Below, piece by piece: positions 38,205 through 47,616 of a stretch of 64,000 bases of DNA. The first letter of the stretch is position 1; each line of letters starts with the position of its first letter. Source of the stretch: an uncultured SAR86 cluster bacterium (GTDB lineage Bacteria > Pseudomonadota > Gammaproteobacteria > Magnimaribacterales > D2472); NCBI GenBank assembly GCA_902558375.1, contig CACEDQ010000002.1:14642-78641 (forward strand), written 5' to 3'. The notes beneath the pieces were generated by a model that saw only the letters and a program-made list of their open reading frames with translations, did not search any database and was not told where the DNA came from. The translations under genes were made by a program, and so were the position numbers.

Positions 38205-39532
38205 TTCCTTTATTACTTCTAGTTTTAATCTGTCTGGCTCTTTTGTTTGGATATCCGGTAGCATTCACACTTTCTGGTATCTCCATTCTTTTTGCTCTTG
38301 TCTGTATTCCATTTGGAATATTTGATGAATCTATTTTAAAAAGTATTCCTCTTAGAATATTTGGGATTATGAATAATGTGACTCTTCTTGCAGTTCCCTT
38401 ATTTATATTTATGGGAACCGTTCTTGAAAGATCTGGCATTGCTGCAAAAATGTTGGAGAACATGGCTTTGGCATTTAAGAATATTAAAGGCGGTCTAAGC
38501 ATTTCTATAATTGTTGTAGGTGCTCTATTAGCAGCAAGTACTGGTATTGTTGGTGCAACAGTTGTAACTATGGGTCTTATGTCTCTGCCAGTTCTAATTC
38601 AACAAGGCTATAAAAAAGATTTTTCATCAGGCCTGGTTGCATCAACTGGAACCTTAGGACAAATCATTCCTCCTTCAATTGCATTAGTGCTTTTGGGTGA
38701 TGTTATGTCTAATGCATATCAGAGAGCTCAAAACAACATGGGTATTTTTTCTCAACAAACTGTTACTGTTGGAGATTTGTTTATTGGTGCCATTGTTCCT
38801 GGAATTATGATATGTCTTGGATATCTGATTTATACAATCTATCAAAACTATAAAAATCCAAATATCTTGTATAAGCCAGAAGCAAATTCAACATCATTCA
38901 AAGATATTCTTAAGACTCTTGCCTTACCACTACTTTTAATTATTTTAGTTTTAGGCTCTATTATTGCTGGGATAGCAACACCAACAGAGGCATCTGCTAT
39001 TGGTGCTGCTGGTGCACTTTTAATAGTATTGATAAATGGTGAGTTGTCTATAAGCTTTATAAAAGAAACTAGTCAGAAAACTGCAATAGTATCAACAATG
39101 ATCTTCACAATATTAATTGGTGCTTCTATTTTTTCATTAATTTTTAGAGGAGTTGGTGGAGATGACTTAATTGAACTAGTATTTGGCTCCCTTCCAGGTG
39201 GTCCATATACAGCATTAATTTTTGTTTTAATTTTTGTTTTCTTGCTTGGTTTTATTTTAGATTTTATTGAAATTTGCTACGTAATCGTTCCATTGGTCGC
39301 CCCGCCTCTTTTGATGATGGGTTTTGATCCTGTTTGGTTAGCAATTCTTATTGCAATTAACCTACAGACTTCTTTTTTAACTCCGCCCTTTGGTTTTTCT
39401 TTGTTTTACCTGAGAGGAGTTGCAGATGAATCCATAAAGACTTCAGAAATTTATAGAGGAGTTATTCCATTTATTTTTATACAGTTATTAGTATTAATTA
39501 CTGTTTTATTTTTACCTTTCTTGGTTTTATAA
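38195..39532 (+). CDS. dctM: TRAP transporter large permease subunit
   Basis: 445-aa polytopic protein with typical DctM blocks (GYPVAF, LLAVPLFIFMG, GTLGQIIPPS). Confidence 0.9.
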   Translation: MEIIPLLLLVLICLALLFGYPVAFTLSGISILFALVCIPFGIFDESILKSIPLRIFGIMNNVTLLAVPLFIFMGTVLERSGIAAKMLENMALAFKNIKGGLSISIIVVGALLAASTGIVGATVVTMGLMSLPVLIQQGYKKDFSSGLVASTGTLGQIIPPSIALVLLGDVMSNAYQRAQNNMGIFSQQTVTVGDLFIGAIVPGIMICLGYLIYTIYQNYKNPNILYKPEANSTSFKDILKTLALPLLLIILVLGSIIAGIATPTEASAIGAAGALLIVLINGELSISFIKETSQKTAIVSTMIFTILIGASIFSLIFRGVGGDDLIELVFGSLPGGPYTALIFVLIFVFLLGFILDFIEICYVIVPLVAPPLLMMGFDPVWLAILIAINLQTSFLTPPFGFSLFYLRGVADESIKTSEIYRGVIPFIFIQLLVLITVLFLPFLVL

Positions 39533-39534
39533 AA

Positions 39535-40497
39535 TTATAGGCCGGCATTATTTTTTTCAAGAGCTCTTTCAGCTCTATAACTTGATCTGACCATAGGTCC
39601 TGAAACAACTTCTAAAAATCCCTTTTTTAATCCAATCTCTCTATAGGCTTCAAATTCCTCTGGAGTTACCCATCTTTCAATGGGTAGATGATTTAGAGTT
39701 GGCCTAAGATATTGTCCAATTGTTAGAATATCTACTTTATTAGCTATTAAGTCGTCCATCGTTTGTTCTATCTCTTCATCTGTTTCACCAAGACCGAGAA
39801 TAAGGCTGGTTTTTGTTAATACCTTAGGATTAATTTTTTTTGATTCTGCTAAAACATCTAGTGTTTGTTGATACCCGGCTCGAATATCTCTTACCGGATG
39901 GGTGAGTCTTTCAACTGTTTCGATATTTTGTGCAAAAACTTCTAAACCACAGTTAACAATTGTGTCTATTGAAGATGACAGACCTTTAAAGTCTGGTGTA
40001 AGAGCCTCAACTGCAGTATTAGGATTTAGATCTTTAATAAGCTTAACAGTTTCAGCAAAGTGTTTTGCCCCACCATCAGGTAAATCATCTCTATTGACAG
40101 ATGTCAAAACAACATATTTTAATTTCATTATTTTTACAGCCTTTGCTGTATTTAAAGGCTCATCTTTATCTAGCCAACCTTTAGGGTTGCCAGTATCTAC
40201 AGAGCAAAACTTACACGCTCTTGTACAAACAGAACCCATCAGCATGAATGTTGCTGTGCCTGCCGACCAACACTCGGCAATATTTGGACAATGAGCTTCC
40301 TCACAAACTGTATTTAATTTTTTTTCAGAAACCTGATTCTTAATTTTATGAAAGTTTGGATTAAATTGAGCTTTTACTTTTAACCATTCCGGCTTCTTTA
40401 AGTTGGGAATATGTGAATAGGCATTCCCTTTTTGACCATTTTTAATCGCCTTTACACCATCTCTATTTACAATTTTTTTGGTTGGGATTATTTCCAT
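39535..40497 (-). CDS. lipA: lipoyl synthase
   Basis: [13 protein letters not shown] auxiliary-cluster motif plus radical-SAM [10 protein letters not shown]. 320 aa. Confidence 0.95.
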   Translation of the reverse strand: MEIIPTKKIVNRDGVKAIKNGQKGNAYSHIPNLKKPEWLKVKAQFNPNFHKIKNQVSEKKLNTVCEEAHCPNIAECWSAGTATFMLMGSVCTRACKFCSVDTGNPKGWLDKDEPLNTAKAVKIMKLKYVVLTSVNRDDLPDGGAKHFAETVKLIKDLNPNTAVEALTPDFKGLSSSIDTIVNCGLEVFAQNIETVERLTHPVRDIRAGYQQTLDVLAESKKINPKVLTKTSLILGLGETDEEIEQTMDDLIANKVDILTIGQYLRPTLNHLPIERWVTPEEFEAYREIGLKKGFLEVVSGPMVRSSYRAERALEKNNAGL

Positions 40498-40527
40498 AAA
40501 GGTATTTTACAACGAAAAAAGATGAGT

Positions 40528-40555
40528 AAAAAAAATGGCTGCAAAAAGCAGCCAT
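40528..40555 (-). terminator. rho-independent terminator downstream of the small OMP-like gene
   Basis: On the minus strand: ATGGCTGC-TTTTT-GCAGCCAT (8-bp stem, 5-nt loop) followed by a T7-8 run. The + strand reads the same stem followed by TTTT. It is the only clear intrinsic terminator I could find in the window. Confidence 0.6.
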
Positions 40556-40575
40556 TTTTGTCTAAAGTCTAGCTA

Positions 40576-41064
40576 TTAGAAATTCCAAGAATAACCAATT
40601 TCAATCCATGTATCGCCATCGCCATCATACAATGCTCCAAGCTCAACATTGCCACCACCAGCAGGAATCTGCACCTCAAAATCGGCCATGCTGTCGTCAG
40701 CAGCTATCAGGCCAAGCTTCCACTGAACTCCGCCATTATCTCTAACAACGTATCCAACTTCTACATCAGTCTCTCTATCTACTCCACTAACATTAGCATC
40801 TACAGAGGCAAGGCCTGCATAGAAAGATCCATCACTAATCTCACCAAAAGCATAACCAAGATGTATAAAGTTAAATGTTACTCCAATAGGACCATTTTCT
40901 AACCTTTTAACATCCACATCATATACAAGCGAATCACCGTTTCCAGACAATGATAGGCCATAACCATCTACATTTACGTAATCATTATAATTAATACCGA
41001 CCATGTTATTAGCAAATGAATTCAAACTAAATACAGCTAAAAATGATAAAGCTAATTTTTTCAT
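40576..41064 (-). CDS. small secreted beta-rich protein, possible outer-membrane beta-barrel
   Basis: Signal peptide MKKLALSFLAVFSLNSFA, alternating Gly/aromatic beta-strand-like pattern, and C-terminal ...GYSWNF (aromatic terminus). 162 aa. Confidence 0.5.
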   Translation of the reverse strand: MKKLALSFLAVFSLNSFANNMVGINYNDYVNVDGYGLSLSGNGDSLVYDVDVKRLENGPIGVTFNFIHLGYAFGEISDGSFYAGLASVDANVSGVDRETDVEVGYVVRDNGGVQWKLGLIAADDSMADFEVQIPAGGGNVELGALYDGDGDTWIEIGYSWNF

Positions 41065-41137
41065 ATTAATCCTCCATAGATTATTTATGAAATTATAATA
41101 TAAGTGTTAAAGAAAAACATATTAATATTTATATTAT

Positions 41138-41743
41138 TTAGCTATAAAATTTATTAATAATTATAGAAATATCTTTTATTACTTTTTTTATAGTTACATG
41201 ACCGATGTGCTCTGATATTTGGGTCATAGAAAGGTTCTTATATCCACAAGGGTTTATATTGCTGAAGGGATCTAGATTCATGTCTACATTAATACTTATT
41301 CCATGATAAGCCTTTCCTTGAGAGAATCTTAAGCCGATGGATGCTATTTTTTTTTCATTAACATAAACACCCGGAGCACCCTCAATAAAGTTAGATTTGA
41401 TTGAGTAAGTTGTAAGTAATTGACTAATAATTTCTTGAAGCTCTCTGACAAAGGCTTTGGGGCCAATGCTGTGGTTTTTAAGATCTAACATGAAATAAAC
41501 GACTAATTGTCCGGGCCCATGATAAGTAACTTCTCCACCCCTATCTGATTGAAAAATTGGTATGCTGGTTGAATTTAAAATATGCTTCTTATCTGCAGCA
41601 GTGCCTAGAGTAAATACTGGCTCATGTTCTAAAAACCATATTTCGTTTTTGAATTCATCTGCTTTGAGATGGAGCATCATTAAATCATAGGCTTTGCCAT
41701 ACTCTATAAGACCAAGATTTTTAAAATTTATGTCTCTTATCAC
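41138..41743 (-). CDS. lipB: octanoyltransferase
   Basis: WFLEHEPVFTLG, RGGEVTYHGPGQLVVY, a conserved Lys region and NPCG. 201 aa. Confidence 0.9.
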   Translation of the reverse strand: MIRDINFKNLGLIEYGKAYDLMMLHLKADEFKNEIWFLEHEPVFTLGTAADKKHILNSTSIPIFQSDRGGEVTYHGPGQLVVYFMLDLKNHSIGPKAFVRELQEIISQLLTTYSIKSNFIEGAPGVYVNEKKIASIGLRFSQGKAYHGISINVDMNLDPFSNINPCGYKNLSMTQISEHIGHVTIKKVIKDISIIINKFYS

Positions 41744-42834
41744 TTGCTGCTTCTAGCTTCAATGAATGCATCTTCTGAAATTTTGTGGTATTCGGTTACG
41801 TTATCTTTAAATGATATATATGATTCATATACTTTAGCAATTACTTCATCTTCTTTTGCTAAATCACTTAGTATTTTATTTGAAATAGTCCTAAATTCAT
41901 CAATAACATCATCTGGTAATTTTCTAAGTTCTACGCCATGAACCTCAATTAACTCTGTTAGTGCTTGATTGTTTCTTGCTAAATATTCATCAAGAGTGTC
42001 TTGATTAACTGCTTTGGTAGCTATTTCAATTATTACTTGGAGGTGCTTTGGCAGGCTATTCCAAGCGTCCATGTTAATTAATAATTCAAGCATAGATCCG
42101 GGCTCATGCCAGCCTGGATAGTAATAATATTTAGCAGCTTGATGGAAACCAAATGTTAGATCATTATATGGGCCAACCCATTCAGTAGCATCTATAACGC
42201 CTGTTTGAAGCGCTGTGAAGAGCTCACCACCTGGCAAAGTAACTGGAATTCCTCCTGCCTCTTTGAGTACTTCTCCTCCTATTCCAGGAATACGCATTTT
42301 TAAGCCTTTTATATCTTCAAGAGAATTAATTTCTTTATTGAACCAACCGAACATCTGAGTTCCGGTATTGCCGGCTGGAATAGGATAGATATTAAATGGT
42401 TTATATATTTCTCTCCATAGCTCTAAGCCTCCCCCTCTGTTTACCCAGGCATTAATCTCATCTGCCGTTAATCCAAAAGGGACGCTTGTAAAAAACTGAG
42501 CGGCTGGAACTTTTCCTTTCCAAAAATATCCTCCACTATGGCCCATTTGGTGAGATCCGCTAGAAACGGCGTCAAAAACTCCAAAAGCTGGAACCTGTTC
42601 ACCGGCTCCATAAACAGTTATCTGCATTTGACCATTACTCATTTCTTCAACTAAATCAGCTATTCTTTCAGGAGCCATTCCAAGGCCTGGATAATTTTTA
42701 GGCCAAGATGTAACCAATCTCCATTTATAAATTTTATATTCTTCATTATTGGTCACATTTGTTGACTCTTGGCCGCCATTACATGCTGAAATTAACCCTA
42801 TCAATAAAATAAAAATTAAACTATTTTTCATCAT
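41740..42834 (-). CDS. dctP: TRAP transporter solute-binding protein (DctP family), lipoprotein
   Basis: Starting at MMKNSLIFILLIGLISAC (lipobox) gives an ATGA overlap with the uvrD stop. The mature domain has a DctP-type pattern (WRLVTSWPKN, FFTSVPFG). Confidence 0.85.
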   Translation of the reverse strand: MMKNSLIFILLIGLISACNGGQESTNVTNNEEYKIYKWRLVTSWPKNYPGLGMAPERIADLVEEMSNGQMQITVYGAGEQVPAFGVFDAVSSGSHQMGHSGGYFWKGKVPAAQFFTSVPFGLTADEINAWVNRGGGLELWREIYKPFNIYPIPAGNTGTQMFGWFNKEINSLEDIKGLKMRIPGIGGEVLKEAGGIPVTLPGGELFTALQTGVIDATEWVGPYNDLTFGFHQAAKYYYYPGWHEPGSMLELLINMDAWNSLPKHLQVIIEIATKAVNQDTLDEYLARNNQALTELIEVHGVELRKLPDDVIDEFRTISNKILSDLAKEDEVIAKVYESYISFKDNVTEYHKISEDAFIEARSSK

Positions 42835-45005
42835 AATTTCTCTAAATTTGCATAAGCCATAACAAGCCACTTTGTTCCTGCTGAATCAAAATTGATTTGA
42901 ATTCTAGCAGCATCTCCAGATCCCTCATAATTTAAAACTACTCCTTCACCAAATGACTTATGCTTAACTCTTTGTCCAAGCGATATACCTATCTCATCTT
43001 CAAATTCAAGTCTGGTCTCTTTAAAATCTTTTCTATTATAAGGTATATGCGTCTGGGCCCTAGGTCTTATTTCATCAATAAGTTCTTTAGGAATTTCTTT
43101 TATAAATCTTGAAGGTGGGTTAAATGTATCGGAGCCATGCAATCTTCTTGATTCTGTATAAGTAATATAAAGTTTTTCCATAGCCCTTGTGATGCCAACA
43201 TAACAAAGCCTTCTTTCTTCTTGAAGTTGTTCTGGATTTTCCATTGATCTTCCATGTGGAAATAATGTTTCTTCAAGACCAATAATTAATACTAATTTAA
43301 ACTCTAACCCCTTTGCTGAGTGAAGTGTCATTAGTTGGGCTGCATCATCATGCTCTGAGGCCTGTCTATCACCAGAATCTAATGAAATCATATCTAGATA
43401 CTGTTCAGCAATTTCAATATTTGTTTTTTCTTCTCTAATGCTTTCTTCAAAATTTGTTGTTGCACTAACAAGCTCTTCTAAATTCTCAACCCTTGTTTTA
43501 CCCTTCTCTCCAGGCTCTTTCATATGATAGGCCGTCAAACCCGAAGTTTTAATTATTTCTTCCATTAAATCTGAGAGAGTATTATCTTGAATAAACTCCT
43601 TACATCGAGCAATAAATTCCAAGTAAGATTTAAGCCCAGTTCCGCCTCTGCCTGATATGGAGCCATCATCAATCAATTTAGCGGATGCTTTAATGTATGA
43701 AATATTGTATTTGCTTGCAGTGGAACGAATCTTTGCTAGAGTTTTTTCACCAACTCCCCTTGTTGGATTAGAAATTGAACGTTCAAAAGCTGGGTTGTCA
43801 GAATTATTAAAAATGATTTTTAAATATGCAATTGCATTCTTTATTTCCATTCTTTCATAAAATCTTTGACCCCCATAAATTCTGTAAGGAATGCTTGATC
43901 TTAATAAGGCTTCTTCTAGTGCTCTTGATTGTGCATTAGATCTATACAAGACCGCAGCATCTGAATACATCTCACCTTTACTCATCCAATCCTTTAGAAT
44001 GTCTGCAACAAATCTGGCTTCATCTTGTTCGTTATAGGCTTGGTATAAAGTTATTTGCTCCCCTTCGACTTTATCCGTCCAAAGGTTCTTTCCTAGCCTG
44101 CTAGTATTATTTTCAATTAACGTATTAGCTGCAGCCAATATTGTGTTTGTAGATCTATAATTTTGTTCTAATCTAACAATTTCGGTTTTATCAAAAGTCT
44201 TTGTAAATGAATCAACATTTTCTACTTTAGCTCCTCTCCAACCATATATTGATTGGTCGTCATCGCCTACTGCTGTTATAGATGTTTTTGCAGAAGCTAT
44301 TTCTAATAGCCAATTATATTGAATGGTATTTGTATCTTGAAATTCATCAACCAATATTGATTTAAATCTAGAGTGAAAAAAAGCTTTTACTGATGCATCA
44401 TCTCTAATGAGTTCATATGATCTCAATAAGAGTTCTCCAAAGTCTACAAGATTATCTCTAAGGCAAACCTTTTCATATTCTTTATAAATTTTATTTATGC
44501 TTTCCTTAAAATAATCTCCCTTATCGTCAACAGAGTTGCTTCTAAAACCCTCATCTTTCCATGCATTGATTTGCCACTGGCTCTGACGAGATGGCCAAAC
44601 TGATTCCTCAAATCCTAGTTCTTTTGATATTCTTTTGATAATTCTTAATTGATCGTCTGCATCTAAAATCGTAAAACCAGCACTTAACCCTGCTTCTTTG
44701 TAAAATCTTTTAAGTATCCTATGGGCGAGTCCATGGAAAGTTCCCACCCAGCCATCCATTATTGGTGTTTCTAACAATTCTTCAATTCTAGATCTCATTT
44801 CTAATGCGGCTTTATTGGTAAAAGTCACAGCCATAATAGAGGCTGGATTTTTTCTCAGCGCCTCAACTTCCCAGGCAATTTTATGAACCAATACTCTCGT
44901 TTTTCCTGAGCCAGCTCCTGCCAATACGAGTAAATGCTGTTTTTCAGACGTAACTGCTGTTCGCTGTTGTTCATTAAGATGTTCTAAAATGTGTGATACG
45001 TCCAT
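42831..45005 (-). CDS. uvrD: ATP-dependent DNA helicase II
   Basis: Walker A AGAGSGKT, DEFQDTN, VGDDDQSIYGWRGA and YRS motifs. The C-terminal Tudor-like tail GQRVKHKSFGEGVV...YANLEKL is typical of UvrD rather than Rep. 724 aa. Confidence 0.9.
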   Translation of the reverse strand: MDVSHILEHLNEQQRTAVTSEKQHLLVLAGAGSGKTRVLVHKIAWEVEALRKNPASIMAVTFTNKAALEMRSRIEELLETPIMDGWVGTFHGLAHRILKRFYKEAGLSAGFTILDADDQLRIIKRISKELGFEESVWPSRQSQWQINAWKDEGFRSNSVDDKGDYFKESINKIYKEYEKVCLRDNLVDFGELLLRSYELIRDDASVKAFFHSRFKSILVDEFQDTNTIQYNWLLEIASAKTSITAVGDDDQSIYGWRGAKVENVDSFTKTFDKTEIVRLEQNYRSTNTILAAANTLIENNTSRLGKNLWTDKVEGEQITLYQAYNEQDEARFVADILKDWMSKGEMYSDAAVLYRSNAQSRALEEALLRSSIPYRIYGGQRFYERMEIKNAIAYLKIIFNNSDNPAFERSISNPTRGVGEKTLAKIRSTASKYNISYIKASAKLIDDGSISGRGGTGLKSYLEFIARCKEFIQDNTLSDLMEEIIKTSGLTAYHMKEPGEKGKTRVENLEELVSATTNFEESIREEKTNIEIAEQYLDMISLDSGDRQASEHDDAAQLMTLHSAKGLEFKLVLIIGLEETLFPHGRSMENPEQLQEERRLCYVGITRAMEKLYITYTESRRLHGSDTFNPPSRFIKEIPKELIDEIRPRAQTHIPYNRKDFKETRLEFEDEIGISLGQRVKHKSFGEGVVLNYEGSGDAARIQINFDSAGTKWLVMAYANLEKL

Positions 45006-45047
45006 TTAGGGATTCATTTTTTTGCTTAAGAGAGATATTCTAACCCT

Positions 45048-45890
45048 ATGCCAACGAAATTATTGCGACAAATTAAAAATACTCTTCCAGAATTAAGAAA
45101 ATCTGAAAAACTCGTAGCAGATTATGTTCTGAAAGATCCAAAATCAGTGATTACCATGAAAACAGCTGAAGCATCGTCTGCAATGGGTATTAGTGAGCCT
45201 ACATTAATAAGATTTTGTAAGGCGCTGGGTTTTTCTGGATATCAAGAGTTTAAGATCAACTTGTCTCAACAACTTGCAGCAGATGATTATTTTGTCATGT
45301 ATGAAATTGAAGAAGACGATAGTATTCATGAGCTATGTGAAAAAGTCTTTGACACAACAATTAGTGAAATTCTTAATGTTAGATCTCAAATAAATCAAGA
45401 TATTTTAGAGTCAGCTATAGAAGCTCTTGCTAATGCTAAAAGGGTTGAGGTATATGCTTTTGGTGGCTCTGCTCCTGTTGCCATGGACGCACAGCACAAA
45501 TTTTTTAGATTGAAAATTTCTTCTTCATTTATTTCTGATCCTCATATTCAATTAATGTCAGCGAATTCATTATCTAAAGATGATGTGGTGCTGGCTATTT
45601 CGCAGTCTGGAACCACTTCTGCATTAATTGATAGTGTAAAAATTGTTCGTAAATCTGGAGTTAAAGTAATTGGCATCATGCCTGAAAATTCTCCACTAGC
45701 TAATATCTGTGACTTCCCTATTAGTATCAATGTTGGTGATAACTACAGAATTACAAAACCTCATACCTCAAGAATTGCATACACAGCTGTTATTGATGTT
45801 ATGACTATGGGAATTGCTCAATTAAAACCAGAAGCTCAAGAGCATTTGTATAATATAGTAGACAGTCAGAGGTCTCTAAAAATTAAATAA
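45048..45890 (+). CDS. MurR/RpiR-family transcriptional regulator (HTH + SIS domain)
   Basis: N-terminal HTH_6-type region (LRKSEKLVADYVL...ISEPTLIRFCKALGFSGYQEFK) and a C-terminal SIS domain (AISQSGTT). Confidence 0.85.
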   Translation: MPTKLLRQIKNTLPELRKSEKLVADYVLKDPKSVITMKTAEASSAMGISEPTLIRFCKALGFSGYQEFKINLSQQLAADDYFVMYEIEEDDSIHELCEKVFDTTISEILNVRSQINQDILESAIEALANAKRVEVYAFGGSAPVAMDAQHKFFRLKISSSFISDPHIQLMSANSLSKDDVVLAISQSGTTSALIDSVKIVRKSGVKVIGIMPENSPLANICDFPISINVGDNYRITKPHTSRIAYTAVIDVMTMGIAQLKPEAQEHLYNIVDSQRSLKIK

Positions 45891-45891
45891 A

Positions 45892-46509
45892 TTAATAAAT
45901 AGCTTCTTGTCTGAACCAAAGATTTACAGCCCATTTTTCACCGGCAATCACAGGCGAACCTCCATGCAGCGAATCAGGATGGATATCAGATGTTCCATCA
46001 ATGCAATTGTGGAATACAACAACATCTCCTTTATTTGGCTTTACTGAAACTCCAAGCTCGGGAAAGTCTGTTGCGCCTCCCTCCTCGACGTCATTTAGGT
46101 ATGCAAGAGCTGTAACTAATCGTTGTCCTCCAGGAAACCAATTTTTTCTTCCCTCCTCGGTATCTTTATCGAAGGAGTCAAAATGAGGCTTGTACTCAGT
46201 TCCTGGGCCATAATGTACTAATTGAAATTGTTCAGCATTATTTATTGGCATCTGGACAAGAATTGAAAACCTTTTACTTGCTTCGTGAATAACATCATTT
46301 GTATCATGCGCCACCCAATGATATGTGTTGGTTCTGCTAGCATGGACTTCATGCTCACCATCTGATATCACAGTTGCTCTATTCATTTGTCCTTCCCCCT
46401 CTTTAATAAAAGCATCGCATTCATAATCAGAAAGAAAGTCAGAAACAACATAAATTATTGGATCTGCGTTTAGGAGGGTGACATTTTTTGATATTTTTTT
46501 TGGTTCCAT
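45892..46509 (-). CDS. prolyl 4-hydroxylase-type 2OG-Fe(II) dioxygenase
   Basis: YKPHFDSFD (HxD), GGQRLVTALAYLNDVEEGGATDFP, DSLHGGSPV (distal His) and GEKWAVNLWFR (2OG-binding Lys). This is the full collagen-type P4H catalytic-domain pattern, as in viral and bacterial P4Hs. 205 aa. Confidence 0.85.
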   Translation of the reverse strand: MEPKKISKNVTLLNADPIIYVVSDFLSDYECDAFIKEGEGQMNRATVISDGEHEVHASRTNTYHWVAHDTNDVIHEASKRFSILVQMPINNAEQFQLVHYGPGTEYKPHFDSFDKDTEEGRKNWFPGGQRLVTALAYLNDVEEGGATDFPELGVSVKPNKGDVVVFHNCIDGTSDIHPDSLHGGSPVIAGEKWAVNLWFRQEAIY

Positions 46510-46575
46510 CGGTTTTGTTTAAAATTAATAAAATTTGCAATATTTAAAATTGGCTTTTATTGTAACAATTCAAAT

Positions 46576-47571
46576 ATGAAAATTTTTATTTCAATAGCAT
46601 CATACCAAGACCCGCTTCTTGAAACCACTATTCTTAGTGCTCACAATAATGCGTCTAAACCCGAGAATCTTCACTTTGGAATATGTGATCAATCACGAAA
46701 AAGTCTTCACATAGCAGAATTAAACCTTCAATCTAAAATATCATATGAAGTTGTAGACCCTTTATTGTCAGAAGGGCCCTGTTGGGCGAGACATAGAGTA
46801 CAAGAATTTTTTGAAAATGAAGAATACTATTTGCAAATAGATTCTCATATGCAGTTTGATGCTAATTGGGATGAATATTTAATTTCTTATTTTGAAAAAA
46901 TTAAGTCTGAAACAAAAAGCTTTTGTATAAATCCTATTATTACCTGTTATCCAAGAGCTTTTGACGTCGTGGATTTAAATGCACAAAAATTTTCTCTTTC
47001 AGATGATGACAAAGGAACACATACTATAGCCTATAGAGAAGATTCTCTTTTTATAAAAGATTCATTTTCAAGGCAAATAGGTGCTATAGCAAATGCAGAA
47101 ATAACTCATGGATATCTAATTGCAGCTGGTTGCATATTTACTGCTGGTTCTTTTATAAAAGATATTCCTTATGATCCAGAGTTTTATTTTTATGGCGAAG
47201 AAATTTCTTTAATGTTGCGAGCATTCACAAGAGGCTACGGAATATTTCATATCCCATGCGTACCAATATTTCATCTTTATACAGAATTAACAGATATTAA
47301 AAGGGCTCTTCATTGGGACCCAGAAGAGGATACTAATAGGTCTATCAAATGGCATGAAAGAGAAGAAAAAAGTGTTCAAAAGCTTTCAAATATTATTAAT
47401 CAACAAGTTGAGGGCATTTATGGTCTCGGTAACAAGAGAAACTTATCTGATTATGAAGCTCTTTCGGGAGTAGACCTTTTAAACAAAAAAGTAACAAATA
47501 GAACTAAAGCGTTAACAGCTTCATTCATTTCTGAACTACCATGGAACCAATCACCCTTTCTGAGAAAATAA
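46576..47571 (+). CDS. GT-A glycosyltransferase with DxH motif, Gnt1/GT60-like (Pfam GlcNAc-transferase-like)
   Basis: N-terminus MKIFISIASYQDP and YLQIDSHMQFD (a DSH metal motif as in polypeptide GalNAc-transferases and Skp1 GlcNAc-transferase). 331 aa with no TM segment. Family assignment is from memory of the PF11397/GT60 pattern and was not searched. Confidence 0.6.
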   Translation: MKIFISIASYQDPLLETTILSAHNNASKPENLHFGICDQSRKSLHIAELNLQSKISYEVVDPLLSEGPCWARHRVQEFFENEEYYLQIDSHMQFDANWDEYLISYFEKIKSETKSFCINPIITCYPRAFDVVDLNAQKFSLSDDDKGTHTIAYREDSLFIKDSFSRQIGAIANAEITHGYLIAAGCIFTAGSFIKDIPYDPEFYFYGEEISLMLRAFTRGYGIFHIPCVPIFHLYTELTDIKRALHWDPEEDTNRSIKWHEREEKSVQKLSNIINQQVEGIYGLGNKRNLSDYEALSGVDLLNKKVTNRTKALTASFISELPWNQSPFLRK

Positions 47572-47616
47572 ATATTTTTTGGGTGTTATCATAAACAAAG
47601 ACAGCAGGAGAATATT

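Noticed and set aside
38182-40294. 106-aa ORF antisense to the dctM start (38182-38502) and 130-aa ORF antisense to lipA (39902-40294).
   Set aside because: Both lie entirely within strongly supported genes and lack family signatures. Their length is explained by a codon-bias-driven lack of stops on the opposite strand.
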